From Candidatus Collierbacteria bacterium (GTDB taxonomy: Bacteria; Patescibacteriota; Microgenomatia; UBA1400; MFAQ01), in the NCBI GenBank assembly GCA_903884375.1, contig CAISER010000035.1:36-64035 (forward strand): 64,000 nucleotides of DNA, read 5' to 3'. Numbering within the stretch: the stretch's first letter is position 1; every line of letters begins with the position of its first letter. The notes beneath the pieces were generated by a model that was not told the origin of the DNA, did no database searches, and saw only the letters and a program-made list of their open reading frames with translations. Both the position numbers and the translations under genes were made by a program. Below, one piece after another: positions 1-9,497 of the stretch.

Positions 1-402
1 ATCACCATCGAATTAATTACCCTTGGTTGTGGTCTGTTAGCAATATTTTTATCCTTTACCGTTGGTAAAGAATTTCTTTATTGGTGGTTAAAAGACGAAG
101 TAGTTGTAAATTCTGCATATCCGATTCTTAAGATAATGAGTATCTATTTTCTGATCACTGCCCTAACTCCCATTCCTTCCGTTCTAATTCAAAGTATTGG
201 TAAACCACAAACAACTTCATTCTTTGCTATTCTCACAGCGGTTGTTGATAGTATTGCCATGTTTATCTTAATTCCCATATACGGAGTTCTTGGGGCGGCT
301 TATGCCACCTTACTGGGCTCGATACTGACAGTTCCACCATTTCTTATCGTTGCCTCGATACTATTTGGCAAAGAGATTAAGAAAACGCTTAATCAGGCAT
401 AG
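1..402 (+). CDS. Partial CDS (5' end outside window): C-terminal part of a polytopic membrane protein, likely a polysaccharide flippase (Wzx/MOP-type).
   Basis: The reading frame is open from base 1 to the stop at 402. The translation is hydrophobic and TM-rich. It sits next to glycosyltransferase genes. Confidence 0.4.
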   Translation: MTIELITLGCGLLAIFLSFTVGKEFLYWWLKDEVVVNSAYPILKIMSIYFLITALTPIPSVLIQSIGKPQTTSFFAILTAVVDSIAMFILIPIYGVLGAAYATLLGSILTVPPFLIVASILFGKEIKKTLNQA

Positions 403-436
403 TTAAATCTTCCCTTTTTAGGTTAGAATATAGCTT

Positions 437-1264
437 ATGAAATCGAAGGTTGCTGCCATAATTTTAAACTATAAGCATCTAGAGGATACTCTCTCGTGTT
501 TATCAAATCTTAAAAAAACTGACAAAGGAAAAGAAATTTCATATTATGTTGTCGATAACTCTCCTTCCAAACTAACAGAAATAAAATTTGCTAAGTCTTT
601 TAAGGATATTACCTATATTCCTTCACCTCAAAATATTGGATTTGCAGGGGGAAACAACCTTGCTTTAAGACGAATTTTAGAAAAGGATTTTACCCATGTT
701 CTTATTATTAATCCCGATGTCACTGTTGGAAAGAAATTCTTTTCTCCCTTACTAACACATTTTTATGACCCAAAAGTTGGAATCGTTGCTCCGGCAATTG
801 TCCATACACAAAAAAATATAAAAATGTATGGTCTTGAAGGGAAAGTAAACTGGAAACTAGCCAAACCGGAACATCGAAATATAAATAATTTAAAATCAAA
901 AAAACCAATTAATTGTCAATTCGTTACCTTTGCCTGTGTATTGATTAGTATTGATAATATTAGAAAAGTTGGTCTCCTTGATGAAGGCTATTTTATGTAT
1001 TTTGAAGATGTTGATTACTGTTTATCATCCAAAAAAGAGGGTTATAAAATAATTCTTGATCCAAATGTCCTTATTACTCACGAAACTTCATCTTCTTTTA
1101 AACATCCAACTCAAAAATTAAAAATTAACTTTAAAAGTCACTTTAGATTTATTTATAAATGGTTAAATCCAATAAACCGTTTGATTCCCTTAATTTATAT
1201 TATCTTTTTATATCCCTATCTCTATTTATTGTGGTCTTATCATGAACACAAGTACAAAAAATAG
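437..1264 (+). CDS. Glycosyltransferase family 2 (GT-A fold).
   Basis: N-terminal AIILNYK...VVDNSP pattern and the DXD-like motif YFEDVDYC are typical of GT2 enzymes. Confidence 0.8.
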   Translation: MKSKVAAIILNYKHLEDTLSCLSNLKKTDKGKEISYYVVDNSPSKLTEIKFAKSFKDITYIPSPQNIGFAGGNNLALRRILEKDFTHVLIINPDVTVGKKFFSPLLTHFYDPKVGIVAPAIVHTQKNIKMYGLEGKVNWKLAKPEHRNINNLKSKKPINCQFVTFACVLISIDNIRKVGLLDEGYFMYFEDVDYCLSSKKEGYKIILDPNVLITHETSSSFKHPTQKLKINFKSHFRFIYKWLNPINRLIPLIYIIFLYPYLYLLWSYHEHKYKK

Positions 1265-2660
1265 TAAGGTAGCCCAAATCGGTAAGGTAGTAATTATTGG
1301 ACTGTTCTCTATCATTATCGTCAATATAAGTAACCGCATTTATTCATCCCCCTTTGATTTTGATGAAGGTGTGGGGTTGGGATTAGTTAAAAATATTCTT
1401 TTATCCGGAAAATATTCAACTTATGAAGCCATTTTTGATCCTGTAATTACTGTTGGTCCAACTGTTTATTTTCCCGCAGCCCTGACTTTATTGTCTGGAA
1501 ATATATTTTTCCCAAGAATAGTAATTCTTATTTATTCACTGGTTCTGTTATTTGTTGTCTTTAAGAGTTATCTGGAAAATCAAAATTCTAAAATATTATT
1601 TCTTTGTCTAGTATGTTTAACTCCCTATTATTATTATTTTTCCTCACATGTGTTGGGGGAAATACCCGCCATCACCTTTTCTCTTATTGGACTCCTCTAT
1701 TTAAGTCAAAAAAAATATTTGTTATCGGGGACTTTTCTGATTTTAGCTATTATGACAAAAAATATATTTCTTATTTCTATTTTTCCGGCAATATATCTGC
1801 TCTATAGCCAGAGAAAAAACTTGTGTGTAAAAAATATTATTATTTTTTTACTTCCTTTTTTTATTATTACTGCCTTATGGGAACTATATAGACTACAAAA
1901 CTTCCATTATTCTTTTAATGGCTATGCAAACAATTTATATCAAATGTTTCGTTACAATAAAGGTCTATCAAGAAGTCACCCGGAACTATTTATGGAAAGA
2001 ATTTCTATGCTTGATGGTGCTTTTGGTCTAAACGGTTTTGTTTTTTTAATCTCAACTATTTTGATTTCAATTTATTGCTTTATTAAAAATCATAATATTT
2101 TAATCAAATCGTTAATTGTCTTTACGATTACCTATCTGATATATTTTTTTATCCTAGGATCAACTACCTGGTATCGTCATTTCTTCCCCACAATAATATT
2201 GTTTGTTATTGTTATATCTTCAATAATTGATAAAATTCGTTTTTCAAAATACTCTTTAATTCCAATACTCGCTGTAATTTTGGTGGGTAAATTAATATTA
2301 ATTGATAACTCAAAATATATCTTTCAGCAAAACCTTTTACCATTATTTGATCAAACAGGAAAAAGATTATTTTTAAAATCACCACTTCTTGCGGAACAGT
2401 TGGAAACTGCAAAATATATTTCAAGCTCTTTACACAACGAGAAAATTTCTGGTGTTGTTTGGTATAACGCGCCAGAGATATCATATTTATCAGGGAAACA
2501 AATACATAGAACACCTGAAGATAGGGGGAATATGTATTTAATCAGTCATCCTTTTGGTAGGTTGCTTGTCCCGGAAGTAGATGCAAGAATAAGTAAGTAT
2601 CCTTTTAAAGAGTCAGTATTTGAAACATCGTTCTATAAAATCTATAAAAAATATGAATAA
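1242..2660 (+). CDS. Polytopic membrane protein, probable GT-C fold glycosyltransferase (ArnT/PMT-like).
   Basis: Roughly 12 predicted TM segments. An acidic DE motif lies in the first extracytoplasmic loop (SPFDFDEGVG). The gene is in a glycan cluster. Confidence 0.45.
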   Translation: MNTSTKNSKVAQIGKVVIIGLFSIIIVNISNRIYSSPFDFDEGVGLGLVKNILLSGKYSTYEAIFDPVITVGPTVYFPAALTLLSGNIFFPRIVILIYSLVLLFVVFKSYLENQNSKILFLCLVCLTPYYYYFSSHVLGEIPAITFSLIGLLYLSQKKYLLSGTFLILAIMTKNIFLISIFPAIYLLYSQRKNLCVKNIIIFLLPFFIITALWELYRLQNFHYSFNGYANNLYQMFRYNKGLSRSHPELFMERISMLDGAFGLNGFVFLISTILISIYCFIKNHNILIKSLIVFTITYLIYFFILGSTTWYRHFFPTIILFVIVISSIIDKIRFSKYSLIPILAVILVGKLILIDNSKYIFQQNLLPLFDQTGKRLFLKSPLLAEQLETAKYISSSLHNEKISGVVWYNAPEISYLSGKQIHRTPEDRGNMYLISHPFGRLLVPEVDARISKYPFKESVFETSFYKIYKKYE

Positions 2661-3789
2661 TGATTCCAATCGTTTTAGTAAACTCGATGGTTTAAGAGGG
2701 TTGTTGTCACTTGTGGTATGTTTAAACCACTCTTTTTTAGTTGTCGCTATTCCCACCTTTGCTAATGTTTGGCAACAAAACCCAATTATTTTTCATAATT
2801 TTCAAAGTAAAGTACAACAATTATTCATGCTTTTGGGGAATGGGGGTGCTGCAGTTACACTTTTCTTTTTGCTTTCCGGTTTGGTACTTGGCCAATCTAT
2901 AGCCAAAATTAAAATGAATTCTATCGGTATTGGAGGATTCCTGATAAAGAGAATTATTCGGCTTTATCCGGTCTATTTATTTATTGTCTTTATCACTTCT
3001 TTATATATGAAATTTGGATTTAGATACGAAACTTTCCTTCACTCATCTGCATGGTTCAATTGGTGGATGAATTTTGAAATAACACTTAAAGAATTATTTA
3101 TGAATATGTTTTTTATTCACACATATTTTGGAGGTGTAACATGGACGCTAAGAGTTATTCTCATCGCTTCTTTTATCTTTCCGGTCTTTTATTTATTAAA
3201 CAAAAAAACTTCTTGGTGGCAAGACGTTATAGTTTCATTACTTCTTGTTTATCTTAGTTTTACCTTGTTTAACATCGAAGGGTTTCGTGATCTGCGATAT
3301 TTATATATGTTTTATTTGGGGTTAATGATTCCCAAGTTTAAAACCATGTTTTCCTCATTACCCAACTGGCTGGTTTGGCTACTTCTTCCCTTTGCAGTGT
3401 TAATTCTCCTAGGTTATAGATATTTAACGAATGAATATAAAGGGGGAGTGATTGAAAGTATTATTTCCTTTTTTATCATTGGTCTTGCTGCCTATGGAGA
3501 CAAAATATCTGCCTTAAACATTTTAGACGGAAAATTTCTAAAGTTTTTTGGAAAAATATCCTACAGTTTATATTTAATTCATTTTTCCGTTCTTTATTTT
3601 TTAGCAAAAATAATGTTTCAAAAATATCCAAATCTACTTTACGAAAATAATTATATGATGATTCATCTTATCCTCTTTTTTGTCTCAACCCTTATCGCTA
3701 CAGGAATATCTTTCTTGGTTTATCACTTTATTGAGTTACCTTCACACACTTTATCCAAAAAGTTTGGAGAAAAAATATCTAAAGAATGA
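2620..3789 (+). CDS. Acyltransferase family 3 (OafA/YrhL-like O-acyltransferase); true start may be the Met at 2653.
   Basis: Signature FSKLDGLRGLLSLVVCLNHS near the N-terminus and about 10 TM helices. Confidence 0.75.
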   Translation: MKHRSIKSIKNMNNDSNRFSKLDGLRGLLSLVVCLNHSFLVVAIPTFANVWQQNPIIFHNFQSKVQQLFMLLGNGGAAVTLFFLLSGLVLGQSIAKIKMNSIGIGGFLIKRIIRLYPVYLFIVFITSLYMKFGFRYETFLHSSAWFNWWMNFEITLKELFMNMFFIHTYFGGVTWTLRVILIASFIFPVFYLLNKKTSWWQDVIVSLLLVYLSFTLFNIEGFRDLRYLYMFYLGLMIPKFKTMFSSLPNWLVWLLLPFAVLILLGYRYLTNEYKGGVIESIISFFIIGLAAYGDKISALNILDGKFLKFFGKISYSLYLIHFSVLYFLAKIMFQKYPNLLYENNYMMIHLILFFVSTLIATGISFLVYHFIELPSHTLSKKFGEKISKE

Positions 3790-4511
3790 AAATTACAGCC
3801 ATTATTATTTCCAAAACGGAAATTATAGACAAATTGGTAATTGATTCCATAAAATTTGCTGATGAAATTATCATAGTCGTAGATTCACCAGTAAAAAAAA
3901 CAAAAACGATCGGTAATACAAACATTTATTATCATCCACTAAATAATGATTTTGCTACCCAAAGAAACTTTGCCATAGGATTGTCAAAAAATGAATGGGT
4001 TTTATTTGTTGATGAAGATGAATATGTAAGTAGTGAACTAAAAAGGGAAATAAATTTACTCAAGGAAAAATCATCTTATTCAGGGTTTATCATTCCTAGA
4101 GTTGATGTCTGTTTCCACCAGCCATTACATTTTGGAGAAACTGGACATACTAAGCTTCTTCGTCTGGCTAAGAAAACCTCAGGAAAATTTGAAAGACCTG
4201 TTCATGAAAAATGGAATATCAAAGGGGAGATGGGGGAACTTCACTCATCTTTATATCATCACAAGGATAATCTAATTAGTGGATTTATCGGTCGCATGAC
4301 TCAGTATTCCGGTATTGACGCAGATATTTTAAATAAAGAAGATAAACCATTTACCTATTGGCGATTACTTTTAAATCCAAAGGGAAAATTTATCCAAAAC
4401 TATATATTTAGACTCGGTTGTATGGATGGTATTGCCGGTTTGTTTTTGGCATATCTGATGAGTATCCAGTCGTTAACAGTCAGAATATTCCAATGGACAA
4501 AAAGAAATTAA
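3786..4511 (+). CDS. Small glycosyltransferase family 2 protein.
   Basis: MKITAIIISK...IIIVVDS and the acidic motif FVDEDEYV give a GT-A fold with a DXD motif. Confidence 0.7.
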   Translation: MKITAIIISKTEIIDKLVIDSIKFADEIIIVVDSPVKKTKTIGNTNIYYHPLNNDFATQRNFAIGLSKNEWVLFVDEDEYVSSELKREINLLKEKSSYSGFIIPRVDVCFHQPLHFGETGHTKLLRLAKKTSGKFERPVHEKWNIKGEMGELHSSLYHHKDNLISGFIGRMTQYSGIDADILNKEDKPFTYWRLLLNPKGKFIQNYIFRLGCMDGIAGLFLAYLMSIQSLTVRIFQWTKRN

Positions 4512-5821
4512 TATTATTTCTTTGGACCCCACTTATCCTCCTGGCGATAATAAATTTATTAACAGTCTTCACTCCGGAAATAGGTTTTGATGCACTTTGG
4601 TATCATCTTACTTTACCCAAGCTTTGGTTGCTAAAAAAGCAATGGTATTTTGAAGGCGGTCTTTTGTATTACTCTGTCATGCCCAGGCTAACAGAAACTC
4701 TTTTTATTCCTCTTATTAAAATGACAGGCTTTATTGGTCCGAAATTAATTCAGTATTTGTCAGGTATTGGCACCGGAATAATCATTTGGAAAATATCATC
4801 AAAATTGAAATACTCTACAGTTTTAAAATTAGTAACAGTATCCCTATTTTATGGAACATGGCTTGTCAGTTGGCAGTCGGGAAGTGCCTATATTGATCTC
4901 TTTAGAACATTACTGGAAGCACTTGCTTTGTATTATATTTTGGGTGATTCATTAATCAAGGGAGGCATTTTCCTTGGTTTGGCTATCGGTACCAAATGGC
5001 TTTCACTTGGGTCCGTCTGTATTTACGCACTTGTTTTTGGTGCTCCACTATTAATTCCAGCTCTATTATTATCTGCGCCTTGGTTATATCTGGCATATAG
5101 TTACACCGGGAATCCAGTTTATCCGTTATTTAGCCCTCTTCTCCATCAGTCTTTATTGCCTGTTACCACGATAATCAATAATATTATTTTTCTACCCATT
5201 GTGGCTACTTTTCCATACGATGATTTTCTTTCACCCCTAGTGGGGATATTAATTGTTTTATCGATTATTGCCCTATTCAGTCGTAATAAAATAATTCAAA
5301 AAATTTCACTTATCGGTATATTGGGTACTATTTATAGCCTTATTCTCAATCCCCCTTCAAGTAGATTTATGTTGCCGTATCTTCCGGCATTAATTATTTC
5401 AGCGGTTTATACTGTCGGAAAACTTAAGGTTAATCTTCAAAAAGTATTTATTTATCTCGCAATCGTATCTTCAATGATTATTTTGGGTATGAGAATATTC
5501 GCAATAATTAAATATGTCCCACTTTTAATTGGTAAAGAAACTCAAAATACTTTTCTTTCAAAACTATCAGCAAGACTACCAGATACCTTTATTGATACCG
5601 ACAATTTTGTGCAAGATAATATTCCACAGAACAGTAAAATTATCATTGATAAACTTCATAATTTATATTATTTCCCTTATAATTTTGATCACACTTCGTG
5701 GACAAAAACAATATCAGGTTATGATTATTTAGTGACGAAAGAAACGAAACAAGATGATATAAAAGGGGAGTTGCTTCATACAAACAAGGTTGGCATCCAG
5801 ATATACAAATTAATTAAATGA
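4493..5821 (+). CDS. Polytopic membrane protein, probable GT-C glycosyltransferase; the ORF track starts at 4418 but the Met at 4493 avoids a 94-nt overlap.
   Basis: Many TM helices. Paralogous in architecture to 1242-2660. Confidence 0.45.
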   Translation: MDKKKLILFLWTPLILLAIINLLTVFTPEIGFDALWYHLTLPKLWLLKKQWYFEGGLLYYSVMPRLTETLFIPLIKMTGFIGPKLIQYLSGIGTGIIIWKISSKLKYSTVLKLVTVSLFYGTWLVSWQSGSAYIDLFRTLLEALALYYILGDSLIKGGIFLGLAIGTKWLSLGSVCIYALVFGAPLLIPALLLSAPWLYLAYSYTGNPVYPLFSPLLHQSLLPVTTIINNIIFLPIVATFPYDDFLSPLVGILIVLSIIALFSRNKIIQKISLIGILGTIYSLILNPPSSRFMLPYLPALIISAVYTVGKLKVNLQKVFIYLAIVSSMIILGMRIFAIIKYVPLLIGKETQNTFLSKLSARLPDTFIDTDNFVQDNIPQNSKIIIDKLHNLYYFPYNFDHTSWTKTISGYDYLVTKETKQDDIKGELLHTNKVGIQIYKLIK

Positions 5822-6915
5822 TTTATTACTTACTGTTATTAACGATATATATTTGGCCATTTGGTCAACTATTGTCATTTCCCCAATCCCCTTTTCCTTT
5901 CACAATTTATCTACTGGATATATCACTATTGTTTATCTTAATCGCACTTATCCTATCCCGCCAAAGAAAAAAAATATTTTCCGGATCGATACTCAAATCA
6001 TTAATGATTTTTTTTGGAATCGTAATTTTTTCATTGCTAATCAATATCAATAGAGTTTCTTGGTCGGAAATTCCCAGCTCGGTATTTTATTTATTAAGAA
6101 TAATTATTTACCCTTCGCTATTTTTTGCTGTGAGGTATATCGGAATTGAACGTCTAAAAAAACCACTCAATATATCGTTAATAATCTTTTGTTTCCTTTG
6201 TATTGTTCAATATATATTAATTCCCGATATGCGTTTTCTAAAAAACATTGGATTTGATGATCATTATTTCCGTTTGATTGGGCCTTTCTTTGATCCAAAT
6301 TTTACCGGAGCGGTTTTTGCTGCAGCCTCTCTTTATTTTATTGGAAATAATAAGATCAGCTACTCACTTCCCTTTATTGGGTTATTGGCACCTACGGTCT
6401 CAAGAGCATCATATTTAGTTTTTGTTGCTGGATTGATATATATTCTTTTCCACAATAAAAAAATAAAGCTATTGATTCTTATTGGCGTTCTTGGAGCAAT
6501 CATTTTAATGATACCTAAACCATTTGGGGAAGGCATTAATTTATTTAGAACGTTTTCAATTTATTCAAGACTCGATAGTTGGCGACAAGGAATTTCTTTA
6601 TTTTTTGACAAACCAATTTTTGGTTGGGGATACAACACTTTAAGAAATAATGACGGTTCTCGTTTCCAAATTGACAATAGTTATATATTTTTGTTAGCCA
6701 CAACCGGGATTGCTGGTTTGTTATCTTTCAGCAATCTACTTAAAGATCTTTTAAAAAACATTAAGAACGTTGGAATAAAAATACTTATATTTTCTTTATT
6801 AATCCATAGTTTATTCAACAACTCATTATTCTATATCTGGATATTAGCCGTTTTTTGGTTTATGTCAGCAATTGGTTGGAAAAGTCCTAAGGAGTATAAA
6901 CAACTTTCAAAGTAG
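5818..6915 (+). CDS. O-antigen ligase/polymerase-like membrane protein (Wzy_C-type).
   Basis: Multi-TM protein with a central extracytoplasmic loop. A C-terminal IFLLATTGIAGLL-like segment is typical of the O-antigen ligase family. Confidence 0.45.
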   Translation: MIYYLLLLTIYIWPFGQLLSFPQSPFPFTIYLLDISLLFILIALILSRQRKKIFSGSILKSLMIFFGIVIFSLLININRVSWSEIPSSVFYLLRIIIYPSLFFAVRYIGIERLKKPLNISLIIFCFLCIVQYILIPDMRFLKNIGFDDHYFRLIGPFFDPNFTGAVFAAASLYFIGNNKISYSLPFIGLLAPTVSRASYLVFVAGLIYILFHNKKIKLLILIGVLGAIILMIPKPFGEGINLFRTFSIYSRLDSWRQGISLFFDKPIFGWGYNTLRNNDGSRFQIDNSYIFLLATTGIAGLLSFSNLLKDLLKNIKNVGIKILIFSLLIHSLFNNSLFYIWILAVFWFMSAIGWKSPKEYKQLSK

Positions 6916-7576
6916 TTTCGTCGCTATTTCCTGCTTTATCGGAAGCTGTAATTTTTATTGTATTTTCCCCACTCGAAAGCATATAGCGATGGACAAAAGC
7001 ACCTGTTTTATCAACCTGGACAAAGGAACTATTAATGAGTACTTGTCCGCCTAATTTGTTTATATCTCCCTTAATATCAATTACTTGATTTGTTTTTCCA
7101 AAATACTCATTACCGTTTTTTGGAGTCGAAATATTTAAAACAACAGGTTTACTATCCTGTTCAATTATGGTTACTTCAGACATACTTTCATTTCCGGCTT
7201 CGTCTTTTGCTCTAAATTGAATACGGTTTTGTCCTGAAATTAATAATGTATCAAAAATAAAATAACCGGTACTATCTGCTTTTGTGAGTTTATCAACGCT
7301 ATCATTTAATAAAAGTTCTACGTTTGCACCCGCCTCGGTAAAACCATCAATATATAATTTTGCGCTATTGGTAGCATCCGGTAATGCCGAGATAACTGGA
7401 GACTGGGGTGGAATTATATCTTTTCCAGTTTCAATACGCTCAACTCCATTTCCGGCGATAAGATTCATAAATAAAGGCAATCCCCATTTAAACATTATCA
7501 CTATAAAAACGATGGAAAGAAAAATATAAAAACGGGATCGGTTTTTATATTGAGATTGTTTGTATCTTCCTGGCAT
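6887..7576 (-). CDS. Membrane-anchored protein with tandem bacterial Ig-like domains.
   Basis: N-terminal TM segment. Repeated beta-rich segments with AKDEAGNES / ASDKAGNSD motifs are typical of Big-type domains. Confidence 0.5.
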   Translation of the reverse strand: MPGRYKQSQYKNRSRFYIFLSIVFIVIMFKWGLPLFMNLIAGNGVERIETGKDIIPPQSPVISALPDATNSAKLYIDGFTEAGANVELLLNDSVDKLTKADSTGYFIFDTLLISGQNRIQFRAKDEAGNESMSEVTIIEQDSKPVVLNISTPKNGNEYFGKTNQVIDIKGDINKLGGQVLINSSFVQVDKTGAFVHRYMLSSGENTIKITASDKAGNSDETTLKVVYTP

Positions 7577-7611
7577 ATTTAATCTTTAGTATAATCCATC
7601 TCAGACTTCAA

Positions 7612-7682
7612 GCGGGTATAGTTCACCGGTAGAATGCTTCCTTCCCAAGGAAGAGAAGTGGGTCCGATTCCCATTACCCGCT
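7612..7682 (+). tRNA. tRNA-Gly (anticodon CCC).
   Basis: Hand-folded cloverleaf: acceptor GCGGGTA/TACCCGC, D arm GTTC-ACCGGTA-GAAT, anticodon stem CTTCC/GGAAG with loop TTCCCAA, T arm GTGGG-TCCGATT-CCCAT, discriminator T. Very similar to E. coli tRNA-Gly(CCC). CCA is not encoded. Confidence 0.85.
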
Positions 7683-7690
7683 CACAAAAA

Positions 7691-7720
7691 AGTCAGACCC
7701 TTGTGGTCTGACTGTTTGAT
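7691..7720 (+). terminator. Rho-independent terminator after tRNA-Gly.
   Basis: Perfect 9-bp stem AGTCAGACC / GGTCTGACT with loop CTTGT, followed by GTTTGAT. Confidence 0.6.
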
Positions 7721-7835
7721 AAGTGAGCTGAGGAATCGGACCTGACGGAGCCAAGCTCGTAATGTGCCAAAATCTTCCTATTGTTGTAAATGTTTAATAT
7801 TAGCGCTAAACTTTGGTTGTAACACCAGTTACATC

Positions 7836-8411
7836 ATGAAGTTTATCGTTGTATTGTTTATTTCGGTATTGTTTACAATTTTCATAGGTACCCTTGCGAA
7901 GAATTTATCAAAATCAAATAATAATTCCCTTATTTCTCCTTTAGTTGCCGATACTATCAACAATACAGGCAAACAATCATTACTAGGGACTCAGGTGTTT
8001 GTAAACAATTACTTTAATTACAAAATTAAACATCCATCAGATGTAAATATTAAAAACATGACCAACGGAGATGTAAGTTTGCAAAAAGATAAATCAATTA
8101 ATATTTCTATAACACAACAAACACTAGCAGGGAATAATACGATTAATACAGAAATTGAAAAAAATATAGATCAAAAAAAGAATCGGTTAAAAGATCAATT
8201 TAATCTAATAAACAATATTTCACCTATTGCCATTGATTCATCCACAGCACAAACATATACATCAGAAGAAAAAGGTGTGATTTATACCTACTATTATGTT
8301 CCGCAAAATAATAATAAATATTTAATAATATCTAACTCATCACCGAACAATGGAAGCCGTGATTACTTGATATCAGAAGAAATAATATATTCATTAGATT
8401 TATTACCTTAA
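7836..8411 (+). CDS. Hypothetical Asn-rich extracytoplasmic protein with an N-terminal signal or TM anchor (ORF open from 7764).
   Basis: MKFIVVLFISVLFTIFIGT hydrophobic N-terminus. Low-complexity N/S/T-rich body. Confidence 0.45.
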   Translation: MKFIVVLFISVLFTIFIGTLAKNLSKSNNNSLISPLVADTINNTGKQSLLGTQVFVNNYFNYKIKHPSDVNIKNMTNGDVSLQKDKSINISITQQTLAGNNTINTEIEKNIDQKKNRLKDQFNLINNISPIAIDSSTAQTYTSEEKGVIYTYYYVPQNNNKYLIISNSSPNNGSRDYLISEEIIYSLDLLP

Positions 8412-8420
8412 TTCCTCTTC

Positions 8421-9140
8421 TTGGTTTACAATAATTCCGTGATCGATATAAGCTATACCGTTGTCCGCAAAAAAGGAATTACCTCAAGTATTTCAATCAG
8501 CGTGTCGGGGGATAAAGGAGTCGTTGTAAGAGCTCCTTTTTGGATGACAAGAGGTATGATAAATAATTTTGTGCAAGAAAAAGCATCGTGGATTCATAAA
8601 AACACCAAACGATTACACCAAAATAAAACAGTCAAGCAATATATTAATGGCGAAAAACATCTTTATTTTGGCAAAGAATATCCTCTTGAAGTTATCTTTA
8701 ATTCTACAAATAGTAGATGCAAAATAGAAATAATTGATGAAAGAATTCGTGTAGAGTTATCGGAAAAAGTACCATCAGAAAATATTTCAAATAAAATTAA
8801 GGATGCCTTGCTTTATTGGTATTTGGAAAAAGGAATCGAAGCTATAACTGAAAAAGTTAACTATTTTTCAAATAAAATGAATGTTAATTATCAAAGAATC
8901 GATTTAAAAAAGGTAACAACCATTTGGGGAAGTTGTTCTCCTTCAAACAAATTAAGTTTTAATCGAAAATTGGTTATGGCTCCACACGAAGTAGTTGATT
9001 ATGTAGTAATACATGAGGTTGCACATCTTGTACATCGGAATCACGGACAAGAATTCTGGAAGATGGTTGAAAGCTATGACAAAGAATACAAAACACATCG
9101 CAAATGGCTTAAAGTTAATCATCAACTTCTTTCTCTTTAG
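8421..9140 (+). CDS. YgjP-like (DUF45/WLM-type) predicted zinc metallohydrolase.
   Basis: HEXXH-containing motif VVIHEVAHLVHRNHGQEFW and an N-terminal region typical of the YgjP family. Confidence 0.7.
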   Translation: MVYNNSVIDISYTVVRKKGITSSISISVSGDKGVVVRAPFWMTRGMINNFVQEKASWIHKNTKRLHQNKTVKQYINGEKHLYFGKEYPLEVIFNSTNSRCKIEIIDERIRVELSEKVPSENISNKIKDALLYWYLEKGIEAITEKVNYFSNKMNVNYQRIDLKKVTTIWGSCSPSNKLSFNRKLVMAPHEVVDYVVIHEVAHLVHRNHGQEFWKMVESYDKEYKTHRKWLKVNHQLLSL

Positions 9141-9164
9141 CAAAGAACATCTAAATTCATAATC

Positions 9165-9497
9165 GTGATATTAAAAAATATTACCGGCAATAAATTAATT
9201 ACATCAAAAGCTCAAAAGGCCAACACTTTTTGGGACCAGTTGTTGGGTTTATTAAATAAGCGCAATTCTCGTTTCCTAATCTTCAATACTCGTTTCGGTA
9301 TTCATACATTTTTTATGAACACAGCAATAGACGTTATACTTTTAAATGGGAATAATCATGTTATAAAAATCAATAAATATTTATCACCAAATCGTCTATT
9401 TCTCTATCACCCAAAATATTTTACAGTTATCGAATTACCAAAGGGCACGATAGATAAATTTGATATTCAGATAAATGATAAAATTTCAATTGAATGA
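9165..9497 (+). CDS. DUF192 family protein.
   Basis: DQLLGLL...FGIHTFFMNTAIDVILLNGNNHVI matches the conserved DUF192 pattern (GLM/HT..M..DV..LD). Confidence 0.6.
   Translation: MILKNITGNKLITSKAQKANTFWDQLLGLLNKRNSRFLIFNTRFGIHTFFMNTAIDVILLNGNNHVIKINKYLSPNRLFLYHPKYFTVIELPKGTIDKFDIQINDKISIE

Noticed and set aside
720-908. Short antisense or alternative-frame ORFs inside confidently assigned genes. Examples: 720-908(-), 1604-1807, 2212-2514(-), 5529-5732, 5853-6053, 17520-17774, 29894-30295, 52877-53170, 56490-56905(-), 57328-57816(-), 58544-59067.
   Set aside because: They lie wholly within longer ORFs that have strong motif support. AT-rich sequence yields many spurious 60-130-codon frames.
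4418-4492. Upstream start for the second GT-C membrane protein, giving a 94-nt overlap with the GT2 gene.
   Set aside because: The Met at 4493 immediately precedes the first TM helix and removes most of the overlap. The N-terminal 25 residues encoded by 4418-4492 look non-native.
6872-7054. 60-aa plus-strand ORF overlapping the 3' end of the Ig-like protein gene.
   Set aside because: It is entirely antisense to a longer ORF and has no RBS.
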